Positions 1 through 8,557 of a stretch of 64,000 bases of DNA are shown here, one piece after another. Location: the NCBI GenBank assembly GCA_903889965.1, contig CAISZM010000003.1:54834-118833 (forward strand). Direction: 5' to 3'. Position 1 is the first letter of the stretch. Each line of letters starts with the position of its first letter. Under the pieces are notes generated by a model that was given only the letters and a program-made list of their open reading frames with translations, had not been told where the DNA came from and searched no databases. A program made the translations under genes and the position numbers. Source of the DNA: an uncultured Elusimicrobia bacterium (GTDB lineage: Bacteria > Elusimicrobiota > Elusimicrobia > Elusimicrobiales > UBA9959).

Positions 1-2
1 GC

Positions 3-944
3 AAAAATTTCAGGAAAGAAGCGGAAAAGCTGGGCTATCCCCTTATGATAAAGGCCGCGGCCGGAGGGGGCGGCAAGGGAATACGCATCGTCCGTGAAAG
101 CTCCAGGCTGGAGCCGGAGATGAAGATGGCCAAGTCCGAATCAAAGGCGGCCTTCGGCAACGACGAAGTATACTTCGAGAAGTACATAGAGCTGCCGCGC
201 CACATAGAGGTGCAGTTCGCGCGCGACTCGCACGGGCACACGCTGGCCTTCCCGGAGCGCGACTGTTCCATACAGCGCCGCCACCAGAAACTGGTGGAAG
301 AATCCCCCTCGCCGGCGGTTACAAAAAAACTGCGCGAGAGCCTGGAGACGGCTGCCGTCAAACTGGCCGAGACAGCCAACTACGTCGGAGTGGGCACGGT
401 CGAGTTCCTGCTGGACCAGCAGGGAAATTTCTACTTTATGGAGGTCAACACCCGCCTGCAGGTGGAGCACCCCGTCACGGAATTCATCACCGGCTTCGAC
501 CTGGTGCGCGAGCAGCTGCTGGCGGCCTCCGGCGAAAGGCTTTCATACACCGCCGGACACAGCGTTCCCTACCGCGGCCACGCCATAGAACACCGGGTGA
601 ACGCGGAGGATTTCAGCCGGAACTTCGCGCCCTCCATAGGCAGGATCGAGGAATGGCTGCTGCCCGGAGGGCCCGGGGTCCGCGTGGACACACACGTTTA
701 TGCCGGTTACGACCTCCCGATCTACTATGACAGCATGCTGGCTAAACTCATAGTCTGGGCCCCCGACAGGGCATCCGCGGTGGCCAGGTCAAGGCGCGCG
801 CTGGAAGATTTTAAGGTGAAGGGTGTAAAAACCACCATAGACGCCCATAAACTTATAGTGGAAAGCCCCGATTTCCAGGCCGGCAAAACGGATACCGGGT
901 TTATGGAAAGGCTGCTGGCCCCCGCGCAGCCGGTTTCCAAATAG
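3..944 (+). CDS. accC: Biotin carboxylase (acetyl-CoA carboxylase subunit), C-terminal part; 5' end lies outside the window
   Basis: The frame is open from base 3 (KNFRKEAEKLGYPLMIKAAAGGGGKGIRIV). It has the ATP-grasp glycine loop KAAAGGGGKGIR and MEVNTRLQVEHPVTE. The listed ORF 45..944 starts at an internal Met. Confidence 0.9.
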   Translation, partial: KNFRKEAEKLGYPLMIKAAAGGGGKGIRIVRESSRLEPEMKMAKSESKAAFGNDEVYFEKYIELPRHIEVQFARDSHGHTLAFPERDCSIQRRHQKLVEESPSPAVTKKLRESLETAAVKLAETANYVGVGTVEFLLDQQGNFYFMEVNTRLQVEHPVTEFITGFDLVREQLLAASGERLSYTAGHSVPYRGHAIEHRVNAEDFSRNFAPSIGRIEEWLLPGGPGVRVDTHVYAGYDLPIYYDSMLAKLIVWAPDRASAVARSRRALEDFKVKGVKTTIDAHKLIVESPDFQAGKTDTGFMERLLAPAQPVSK

Positions 945-962
945 GACGTTACGGACGGACGC

Positions 963-1430
963 ATGCTTACAAAAAAAAAGATAATCTCGCTAAAGCGAGC
1001 ACTGGCCCTGCGTTCCTCCCTGCGCAGGAAGGGTAAAAAGGCCGTTTTTACCAATGGTTGTTTCGATGTTCTGCACGCTGGGCATATCGCGTCGCTGGAA
1101 AAAGCCAGGTCCATGGGAGATTTCCTGTTCCTCGGCCTGAATTCTGACGCCTCGGTACGCCGCCTCAAAGGCCCCTCACGCCCCTTTAACAAAGCCCGGG
1201 ACCGCGCCATAGTGCTGGCCGCCCTGCAGGCGGTGGACGCGGTCGTCATCTTCTCGGCCGACACCCCCCGTGAGCTCATTAAAGCCCTTCGCCCCGATGT
1301 GCTCGCTAAAGGCGCCGATTACAGGCACGGGGCCGTTGTCGGAGCCGAATTCGCCGGGCGTGTGGCAATTATCCCCCTCCTCAAGGGACGGTCGACCACG
1401 GCGCTCGCGGCCAGGCTTTGCCGCGGCTGA
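963..1430 (+). CDS. hldC: D-glycero-beta-D-manno-heptose-1-phosphate adenylyltransferase-like cytidylyltransferase (RfaE/HldE domain II type, stand-alone)
   Basis: 155 aa. It has the HxGH nucleotidyltransferase motif in FTNGCFDVLHAGHI, followed by LGLNSDASVRRLKGPSRP and KGADY. No kinase domain is attached. Confidence 0.75.
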   Translation: MLTKKKIISLKRALALRSSLRRKGKKAVFTNGCFDVLHAGHIASLEKARSMGDFLFLGLNSDASVRRLKGPSRPFNKARDRAIVLAALQAVDAVVIFSADTPRELIKALRPDVLAKGADYRHGAVVGAEFAGRVAIIPLLKGRSTTALAARLCRG

Positions 1431-1539
1431 CAGCAATAAGCCGGCCTTCCTTGCCGGGCCGCAGTTCGGTTTTTTTGCCCCTGAAGCGGGTCCCCTCTTC
1501 CCCTTATCCCCCCTAATTTAATAAGATACTTTAAATATT

Positions 1540-2748
1540 ATGATCGACCTTTTTGAAAAATGCAGGAATTTCACCATTGCCCGGGAACTCATGGATTCGG
1601 GCATGTACCCCTATTTTAAAGCCCTGGAAACCGAACAGGCACCTGAAGTCACCATAAAGGGCAAAAAATTCATAATGTTCGGCTCGAACAACTACCTTGG
1701 CCTGGCCAACGACCCCCGGATGAAGAAGGCCGCCATAGAAGCCATCAGAAAATTCGGCACCGGCGTGGCCGGATCGCGCTTTCTCAACGGCAATACCATT
1801 CTGCACATGGAACTGGAGCGCAAACTGGCCGCCTTTAAGGGCCGGGAAGCCGCGCTCGTTTACGCCACGGGCTACCAGATGAACCTGGGTGTGGTGGCGG
1901 CCCTGGTGGGCAAAGGCGATTTCGCGGTGGTGGATAAGCGCGACCACGCCAGCATACTGGACGGTTGCCGCCTTTCGCAAGGCGAAGTGCGCCGCTTTAA
2001 ACACAATAACCCGGCTGACCTGGACCGCGTGCTTAAGGAAATAGGCCCCCACCACGGCAAACTTGTCATAGTGGACGGGGTGTTCTCCATGGAAGGAGAT
2101 ATCTGCCCACTTCCTGAAATATCAAAAGTGGCCAAGAAACACGGAGCGCGCCTGATGGTGGATGACGCGCACGCTACCGGGGTGCTGGGCAGGCGCGGCC
2201 ACGGCACCTGCGAACACTTCGGCCTGGACCGGAGGGACGTGGACCTTATAGTGGGCACCTGTTCCAAATCCCTGGCCTCCATCGGGGGCTTCGCCGCCGG
2301 CGACGAGGATATAATTCACTACATACAGCATATCTCCCGCTCAATGATCTTCTCCGCGGCCCTGCCGCCCTCCTGCGTGGCCTCGATCTCCAAAGCCATT
2401 GACATAATAGAAGAGGAGCCCCAGCGTATCAAAAGGCTCTGGGACAATTCAGGTTACCTGATGAAGCGCTTTAAGGAAATGGGCCTGAATACAGGCGGGA
2501 CACAGACACCTATAATACCTGTATTAATAGGCGACAATGAGAAGACCTTCACCCTGTGGCGCATGCTTTACGACAGGGGTCTTTTCACCAATCCAGTGGT
2601 CAGCCCGGCCGTGCCGCCCAGAAGCTCCCTGCTGCGCGTTGTGGTGACCGCCACGCATACCAGGGAACAGTTGGACCGGGCGCTTGATATTTTCGAGGGC
2701 TGCGTCAGGAAAGTCCTCAAGAAAAGGCCGGCGGCCCTGGTAAAATAG
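1540..2748 (+). CDS. PLP-dependent alpha-oxoamine synthase, serine palmitoyltransferase-like (BioF/Kbl/Spt family)
   Basis: 402 aa. Motifs seen are FGSNNYLGL, GSRFLNGN, RRFKHNNPADLDRVL, DDAHATG and the PLP-lysine context GTCSKSLASIGGF. From memory, the SRxLNG and RFxHN patterns resemble bacterial Spt more than BioF or Kbl. Confidence 0.8.
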   Translation: MIDLFEKCRNFTIARELMDSGMYPYFKALETEQAPEVTIKGKKFIMFGSNNYLGLANDPRMKKAAIEAIRKFGTGVAGSRFLNGNTILHMELERKLAAFKGREAALVYATGYQMNLGVVAALVGKGDFAVVDKRDHASILDGCRLSQGEVRRFKHNNPADLDRVLKEIGPHHGKLVIVDGVFSMEGDICPLPEISKVAKKHGARLMVDDAHATGVLGRRGHGTCEHFGLDRRDVDLIVGTCSKSLASIGGFAAGDEDIIHYIQHISRSMIFSAALPPSCVASISKAIDIIEEEPQRIKRLWDNSGYLMKRFKEMGLNTGGTQTPIIPVLIGDNEKTFTLWRMLYDRGLFTNPVVSPAVPPRSSLLRVVVTATHTREQLDRALDIFEGCVRKVLKKRPAALVK

Positions 2749-2806
2749 ATCCCGGGGCTTAACGTTCCCTCCATAACCGGCGCCGTTCATCCATCTGTAA
2801 AAATTT

Positions 2807-3919
2807 ATGCCTTTAGAAATCGTGGAAATACCGGAAAAAGACCTTGGCATTTTCGTAGACTACCCCTTCCGTCTTTTCAAGAACCACCCTTTCTGGGTCG
2901 GTGAACTTAAGCGCGACACGGTGCATTTGCTCGGTACCGGGCATCCCTTCTGGCGCCACGGAGAGCGTAAGCTTTTCATGGCCAAAAGGGACGGCCGCCC
3001 GGCGGGACGCGTGGCCGCTATAGTGAACCAGGCCCACAACAACTTCCACGGCGACAAAACTGGCTTCTTCGGCTTCTTTGACTGCGAAGACGACAAGGAA
3101 GCGTCCGGGGCCATGCTGGCGGCAGCCGGCGCCTGGCTTAAAGCCAAAGGGATGGACTCGGTGATGGGCCCGGTCAACCCCTCCTTCAACGAAACCTGCG
3201 GCATGCTTCTTGAGGGCTTCGACGGCCCGCCGATGGTTATGATGCCCTACAACCCGCCGTATTACCTGGAGCTGGCGGAGGCTGCCGGTTTCACAAAGGC
3301 AAAAGATCTGTACGCTTACCGCTGCCCTACGGCGGTGGGCTTCCCCGACCGTTTCGAGAAGATACTGGCCCGCATGAACCGCGACGGCAACGTGACCATT
3401 CACCTTGCGGACGTAAAGAACATCAACGCCGCCATCGGGGAAGTTAAGGACATTTACAATTCCGCCTGGGAAAAGAACTGGGGCTTTGTGCCCATGAGCG
3501 CGGAGGAGATGGACGACCTGGCCGGGGCGCTGAAGCCTATGCTCAAGCCGGACTACCTCTTTTTCGCGCGTGTCGACGGCAAACCGGCCGGTTTCTGCCT
3601 GCTGCTGCCCGACTTCAATATAGCGCTTAAGAACGTTCAGGGTGCTCTGGGCCCGCTGAACATACTGCCCTTCCTCTACCGCTTCTCTTTCAAACTCAAC
3701 CGCGGCCGCATGCTCACGCTCGGGGTAAAAAAGGAATACCGCAACCGCGGGATAGAACTGCTGCTGATAAAGCAAGCCGTAGTGGCCGCAAAAAAGATGG
3801 GCTGGGAATATGGCGAACTATCCTGGACGCTTGAAGACAATACGCGCATCAATAAAACCATAGAAGCCATAGGTTCCGAACTGTACCGCAAATACCGGAT
3901 ATTCGAGAAAAAACTCTAA
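2807..3919 (+). CDS. GNAT-fold N-acyltransferase-like protein (two-lobed, 370 aa)
   Basis: The C-terminal part LTLGVKKEYRNRGIELLLIKQAVVAAKKMGW fits the GNAT acyl-CoA binding motif A (R/Q-x-x-G-x-G/A type). The gene starts 58 nt downstream of the Spt-like gene on the same strand. Confidence 0.55.
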   Translation: MPLEIVEIPEKDLGIFVDYPFRLFKNHPFWVGELKRDTVHLLGTGHPFWRHGERKLFMAKRDGRPAGRVAAIVNQAHNNFHGDKTGFFGFFDCEDDKEASGAMLAAAGAWLKAKGMDSVMGPVNPSFNETCGMLLEGFDGPPMVMMPYNPPYYLELAEAAGFTKAKDLYAYRCPTAVGFPDRFEKILARMNRDGNVTIHLADVKNINAAIGEVKDIYNSAWEKNWGFVPMSAEEMDDLAGALKPMLKPDYLFFARVDGKPAGFCLLLPDFNIALKNVQGALGPLNILPFLYRFSFKLNRGRMLTLGVKKEYRNRGIELLLIKQAVVAAKKMGWEYGELSWTLEDNTRINKTIEAIGSELYRKYRIFEKKL

Positions 3920-4043
3920 AACCGGGCCGCGGGCCGCTATTGCCCCGTGTGGCGGTAGTCTCGCCATTTTTGTATCATATTTCCAGCGCCCGCATGATGC
4001 TGACTTTGACTTCGCGGTAAGCGCTTGCCTCAATGGAGAATTC

Positions 4044-4415
4044 ATGAAAGTTCTGGTTGTTGACGATAACGCCCTTATAAGGTCCATGGTAAAGGACTTT
4101 TTAACGGATATGGGCCACGAGGTGGTAGGAGAGGCCGACAATGGCAACGACGCCATAAAGCTTTTTGCGGCAACGCGGCCGGAACTTGTACTGCTGGACC
4201 TGATAATGCCCGGCAAGAACGGTATTGAAACGCTGAAAGAGATAAAGGCCATAGACCGCGGGGCCAGGGTTGTAATGGTAACCGCGGTGCAGCAGGACTC
4301 CGTAAGCAAGGACCTTCTCAGCAAGGGAGCCGCGGCGATACTGAACAAGCCTTTCATGTACTCCGAGCTCGAGGCTTTATTAAAGCCCGCGGACAAACTC
4401 CCCGGAACCATATGA
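4044..4415 (+). CDS. Single-domain response regulator (CheY-like receiver)
   Basis: 123 aa. It has VLVVDDN, the phospho-acceptor context LVLLDLIMPGKNG, and the T/K positions (MVTA, NKPF). A GGAG sits upstream of the ATG. Confidence 0.9.
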   Translation: MKVLVVDDNALIRSMVKDFLTDMGHEVVGEADNGNDAIKLFAATRPELVLLDLIMPGKNGIETLKEIKAIDRGARVVMVTAVQQDSVSKDLLSKGAAAILNKPFMYSELEALLKPADKLPGTI

Positions 4416-5014
4416 ATTCCACACCGGACCCTACGTTAAAAAACCTGGCCGAGACCAGCCTCGCCAAATGCATCGTGAGGATATCCAGGGTTTCGGCCGG
4501 AACCTGGCAGCTGCTGGGAGTGGATGTCTCCTCCGGGACCATCGGAGACGCGGTCAAACGCCACGATTTCAAGGACCCGGCCATTGCGGTGTATTTCAAC
4601 CGGCAGGGAACTTTCCCCCTGGCGGCGATGATGATGTTCGCCCCTTCCCAGATGGAATGCATCTCCAAATGCTTCACTGGACACTCCTTCCCCAGGGGTA
4701 AAACCACCACTATAGCGGAAGCGGTCATGCTGACGGAATTGGGTAATATCGTGCTGAACGCGCTGACGAACGGCCTTCTGAACGCTTTGAACAAAGGATC
4801 GCTTCCCGTCGGCCCCCTGTTCGTGGAGGGAGACGAGAGGCGTGTCACGGCGGAAATAGGGAAAGACATGAACCTGAAACAGGTATTCCGCATAATAACC
4901 GCCACGCTGGAACTCAAGTCCGACAAGTCCGCGGCAAGGAGCGAAGTGCTGGCCCTGCTGCCTGAGGAGCTCGCGATGGAGCTGGAGCTGCGGCAGCCGG
5001 CCGCCGAGTCCTGA
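4412..5014 (+). CDS. CheC/CheX-like protein (putative CheY-P phosphatase family)
   Basis: There is an ATGA overlap with the receiver gene. TELGN is followed by Pro exactly 23 residues after the Asn, which matches E-x2-N-x22-P of the CheC/CheX/FliY active-site consensus. Only one such site is present. Confidence 0.55.
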   Translation: MNSTPDPTLKNLAETSLAKCIVRISRVSAGTWQLLGVDVSSGTIGDAVKRHDFKDPAIAVYFNRQGTFPLAAMMMFAPSQMECISKCFTGHSFPRGKTTTIAEAVMLTELGNIVLNALTNGLLNALNKGSLPVGPLFVEGDERRVTAEIGKDMNLKQVFRIITATLELKSDKSAARSEVLALLPEELAMELELRQPAAES

Positions 5015-5062
5015 AGCTGCCTTCGTCCTCCCGCGCTGAATGAACCCCTTTTTATCCGCACT

Positions 5063-5090
5063 CCCGGCTCGCGGCGGCCGGGCTCTTTTC
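5063..5090 (+). terminator. Possible intrinsic terminator after the CheC-like gene
   Basis: CCCGGC (5063-5068) pairs with GCCGGG (5077-5082) around an 8-nt loop. CTCTTTTC follows the hairpin. The stem is short and the U-tract is weak. Confidence 0.35.
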
Positions 5091-5183
5091 CCGCCCGACA
5101 CCCTTTCCGATTGATCTGATCCTGTTTTTACCGCGCCCCGCATGAACTCCGCAAGCCCCGGACCGGAGGCGCAAAGGAAACAA

Positions 5184-6560
5184 ATGTTCGATAAGCTCCT
5201 CTCAATATACCGCCCGGCCCCGCATACGGACCGCCTGCCCAAAGAACAGCAGGCCCCGAGATATAAAACACTGCGCCTGCAGACGATGTTGTCTATTTTT
5301 TTCGGCTATGCCGGCTTCTACCTGGTGCGCAAGAATTTCTCGCTTGCAAAACCATACCTTATAAACCATTACGGCTTTTCCAAAGGCGATGTGGGCCTCA
5401 TTGCCACCGCCCTCGCCGTCTCCTACGGCCTGAGCAAGTTCGTGATGGGGAATATCTCCGACCGCTCCAACCCCCGCTACTTCATGGGCACCGGCCTGAT
5501 AATTTCAGGCCTCGTAAACCTCTTTTTTCCCACCTTGGCCGGCTCTCTGTGGGCCATGATCGCGCTCTGGTTCGCTAACGGCTGGGCGCAGGGAATGGGC
5601 TGGGCCCCGTGCGCGCGCACTCTGACGCACTGGTTCTCCGACGACGAACGCGGCACCAAGTTCGCCATGTGGAACGTGGCGCACAACGTAGGCGGCGGCA
5701 TAGTGGGCCCCATAATAAACGGCGCGCTTTCGCTTGCGGCTCTCCTGGGACTGGCCGCCCTGACCGGCGACGGCCTGCTGCCGTTTTTCCTCATTTTTTA
5801 TGTGCCGGCCTTTATGGCCATAGCTATGGGCATCCTGGTCATTATTTTCCTGCGCGACACGCCGCAATCCTGCGGCCTGCCTCCGATAGAGGAATATACC
5901 AACGATTATCCCGTCACCGGCGTGGCCGACCCCGAGCGCGAAATGGGCGCCAAAGAGATCCTTTTCAACCATGTTTTCAACAATAAGGCGCTCTGGCTTA
6001 TAGCCTTCGCAAATATTTTCGTCTACGTAGTGCGTTACGGCGTCCTAGACTGGGCCCCCACCTACCTGACCGCCGTTAAGGGCTGCCCAGCCGGCACGGC
6101 GCGCTGGCAGTTCTTCGTCTATGAATGGGCCGGCATACCCGGCACGCTCCTCGCCGGTTGGGCCAGCGACAAATACTTCCAGGGACGCAAGGGACCCGTT
6201 TCGGTGATCTGCATGGTCTTCGTCACGCTGGCCGTGTACGTCTACTGGAAGAACCCGGCCAACCGCTTCTGGGTGGATTCGGCATCCCTGTTCGTAATAG
6301 GTTTCCTTATCTACGGGCCGGTGATGCTTATAGGCGTAAGCGCGGTGGACCTGGTGCCGAAGAAAGCTGCCGGTACCGCGGCGGGCTTTACGGGCTTTTT
6401 CGGCTACATGTTCGGCGCGGTGATAGCGGAGGTGGGGATAGGGCGCGTGGTGGACCGCTGGGGCTGGGACGGCGGTTTTAAACTGCTGTTTGTCGCCTGC
6501 GTGCTGGCTACCATACTGCTGGCCATGACCTGGAACAAGCACCACGCCGCGGACCGGTAA
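5184..6560 (+). CDS. glpT: Glycerol-3-phosphate transporter (MFS, organophosphate:Pi antiporter)
   Basis: Near-colinear resemblance to E. coli GlpT as remembered: SIYRPAPHTDRLP, FFGYAGFYLVRKNF, SDRSNPR, RDTPQSCGLPPIEEY, PKKAAGTAAGFTG. The start is moved to Met15 (5184), which has an AAGGA 8 nt upstream. The ORF track starts at 5142. Confidence 0.9.
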   Translation: MFDKLLSIYRPAPHTDRLPKEQQAPRYKTLRLQTMLSIFFGYAGFYLVRKNFSLAKPYLINHYGFSKGDVGLIATALAVSYGLSKFVMGNISDRSNPRYFMGTGLIISGLVNLFFPTLAGSLWAMIALWFANGWAQGMGWAPCARTLTHWFSDDERGTKFAMWNVAHNVGGGIVGPIINGALSLAALLGLAALTGDGLLPFFLIFYVPAFMAIAMGILVIIFLRDTPQSCGLPPIEEYTNDYPVTGVADPEREMGAKEILFNHVFNNKALWLIAFANIFVYVVRYGVLDWAPTYLTAVKGCPAGTARWQFFVYEWAGIPGTLLAGWASDKYFQGRKGPVSVICMVFVTLAVYVYWKNPANRFWVDSASLFVIGFLIYGPVMLIGVSAVDLVPKKAAGTAAGFTGFFGYMFGAVIAEVGIGRVVDRWGWDGGFKLLFVACVLATILLAMTWNKHHAADR

Positions 6561-6851
6561 CCGGGGGCCCTTTAAATTTTAGGCGTTCATAAGCCCAGGT
6601 AACGGCAGGCCTGCACGTTCGCGGGTCCTGCCGGCGGACTGGAACGCGAAAACAGCCGCAGACGGGGGCTTTGTCGGCCACACCGTAGCCGCACCTCCCC
6701 GCCTCACCCTCGCCGCTATGCAAGGCTCGGGTTCCGGCAGGGTTTCGCTTATCCAGCTCCGCCGTCTCCCTGCTCCAATTATTCGCCTGCCGAAGAATAT
6801 TTAGAGCGGATGACGATGGATTTTTTTATAAGCAGGCTAATTTCATTCGGA

Positions 6852-6985
6852 GGGGCGGCGACGGTTTTGGGTTAGCAGGACCGTCTCGGAGGCCGACCTG
6901 GGCTTATCTGCGGTGGAGGCCGAGAGCCGGAGGGGCCGACGCGCTGGAGGACCCCGTTCCTGCGCTCCAAAACCGTTGGCGCCCC
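6852..6985 (+). other. 134-nt GGAGG-rich hairpin element (candidate structured RNA or cis-regulatory leader)
   Basis: 6852-6870 pairs with 6967-6985: 17 Watson-Crick pairs, 1 G-U and 1 mismatch over 19 positions. An inner stem pairs GCAGGA 6875-6880 with TCCTGC 6958-6963. Four GGAGG motifs lie inside the element and one at its 5' edge. No ORF explains the region. Confidence 0.35.
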
Positions 6986-7014
6986 GACTTCAAACCTCGC
7001 GGTTCATATAAAGC

Positions 7015-7767
7015 ATGAAAATATTTACTACTCTCATACAGCACACACGAAAAAGCCTATATTTATTCGCCACGCTGCTACTGGCGGGGACGGCGGCGCA
7101 GGCGCAGCAGAAAACGGTTAGTTTTTCTACGCGGGACGGCTGCCGCTTGGAAGCTTTCCACCTGCGCCCCTCCTCCGCGCCCTATGTCTTTATAAATTCC
7201 CACGGCCTCGGCTCCGACAAGAACGAATGGTCCCGTTTCCAGGAAAAACTAAAGGACGCAGGTTACGGCTACCTGTCGCTGGACCTGCGCGGCCACGGCG
7301 CCAGCCGCACCTGCGCCGGCAAGGAAGTTGATTACAGGGATTTCTCTGAAGCCGACTGGAATAATGTCTCCCGCGACATAGAAGCCGCGGCGGCCTGGCT
7401 GAGGAAGAAAGGCGTACCGGAGAAAAAGATGATCTTCTGCGGCGCCAGCATAGGGGCCAACCTTTCTTTAAAAGCCGCGGCTGAGGGCAGGTTAAAACCA
7501 GCGGCCGTAATACTGCTTTCCCCCGGGGTAGAATACGCCGGGGTAAAGACCGCGGAGAACTATATTTCGAAACACACTTTCAAGATCCTGGTAGCCGCCT
7601 CCGAAGACGACCCGTATGCCTGGCAGAGCTATATATACCTTTCCCGTTCCGCCTCCGAAAAGGGCCTACCTGCCGACTTTATAAACGGCGGCAGCGGCCA
7701 CGGCGTGAACATGTTCAAAACGCCGTCGGTGATCCCAGCCATCCTCACCTGGGTTTCCGGTATATAA
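7015..7767 (+). CDS. Secreted alpha/beta-fold hydrolase
   Basis: It has an N-terminal signal peptide (LLLAGTAAQAQQ), the nucleophile elbow GASIGAN (G-x-S-x-G), and a C-terminal GSGHG histidine region. Confidence 0.75.
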   Translation: MKIFTTLIQHTRKSLYLFATLLLAGTAAQAQQKTVSFSTRDGCRLEAFHLRPSSAPYVFINSHGLGSDKNEWSRFQEKLKDAGYGYLSLDLRGHGASRTCAGKEVDYRDFSEADWNNVSRDIEAAAAWLRKKGVPEKKMIFCGASIGANLSLKAAAEGRLKPAAVILLSPGVEYAGVKTAENYISKHTFKILVAASEDDPYAWQSYIYLSRSASEKGLPADFINGGSGHGVNMFKTPSVIPAILTWVSGI

Positions 7768-7769
7768 TT

Positions 7770-8513
7770 TTATTTGTCGGCGGTAAGTTTTTGTATGGCG
7801 GCGTTGGCGATGGTCAGGCCGAAGATGCCGGTGAGCGTGGGCAGGCTGCCCAGCGCGGCCCTCTTGCGGCCCTGTTCGAAATATTCGGTTTCCGGGTCCA
7901 CTTGGCGCTTTTTGCGCAGTTCCCCCACAGGTTCAAGCGAATAGACGCAGTCAAAATCCAGATGGGTGTTCTTTTTCCGGAGCAGCTGGCGCACCTTGGC
8001 CGCCAGGGGGCAGCCTTTGACCTCGCGCAGCGATCCCACACGCACGGCCGAAGGGTCGGTGCGCAGGGCGGCGCCCATCGAAGAGATGAGCGGCAGCCCC
8101 AGCTTTATCATCTCCGCGATCAGGCCGGCCTTAGGGCCCAAGGAGTCTATGGCGTCTATCACCAGGTCCGGTTTCCCCTCTAGTATGGCGCCAAAGGTAG
8201 CCTCGTTAGCGAACAAATTCAGCGCCTCCGCGCGGCAGTGCGGATTTATGTCCAGCACTCGCTCCGCCGCCAATTCAGATTTGTGCCGCCCCAGCGTGGA
8301 GCCCAGGGCGTAGAGCTGGCGGTTTATATTGCTGGCCCGCGTAACGTCAAAATCCACCAGCCGCAGGCGTCCCACCCCGGAACGGGCGAGTCCCTCCACG
8401 GCGTAGCTGCCGACGGCGCCAAGACCTACCACTGTGACAAAAGAGTTTTTCAGGCGCTCCAGTTTTTCTTCACCGATCATCAGCCTTATGCGCGCAAGCC
8501 TGTCTTCGTTCAT
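7770..8513 (-). CDS. tcdA: tRNA threonylcarbamoyladenosine dehydratase (ThiF/MoeB-type E1-like)
   Basis: The Rossmann motif VVGLGAVGSYAVEGLARSGVGRLRLVDFD is followed by NINRQ. The size (247 aa) is typical of TcdA/CsdL. Confidence 0.75.
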   Translation of the reverse strand: MNEDRLARIRLMIGEEKLERLKNSFVTVVGLGAVGSYAVEGLARSGVGRLRLVDFDVTRASNINRQLYALGSTLGRHKSELAAERVLDINPHCRAEALNLFANEATFGAILEGKPDLVIDAIDSLGPKAGLIAEMIKLGLPLISSMGAALRTDPSAVRVGSLREVKGCPLAAKVRQLLRKKNTHLDFDCVYSLEPVGELRKKRQVDPETEYFEQGRKRAALGSLPTLTGIFGLTIANAAIQKLTADK

Positions 8514-8557
8514 ATATATACCGCCGGTTTAGTCTGGTGAGACCGGACTTAAATATT

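Noticed and set aside
3951-3958. GGCGGTAG, the core of the ops/JUMPStart element recognised by RfaH, upstream of the receiver gene.
   Set aside because: An 8-mer is expected by chance about once or twice in 64 kb of GC-rich DNA. The following bases (TCTC) do not match the ops consensus nnTG. The downstream genes are not a long envelope operon.
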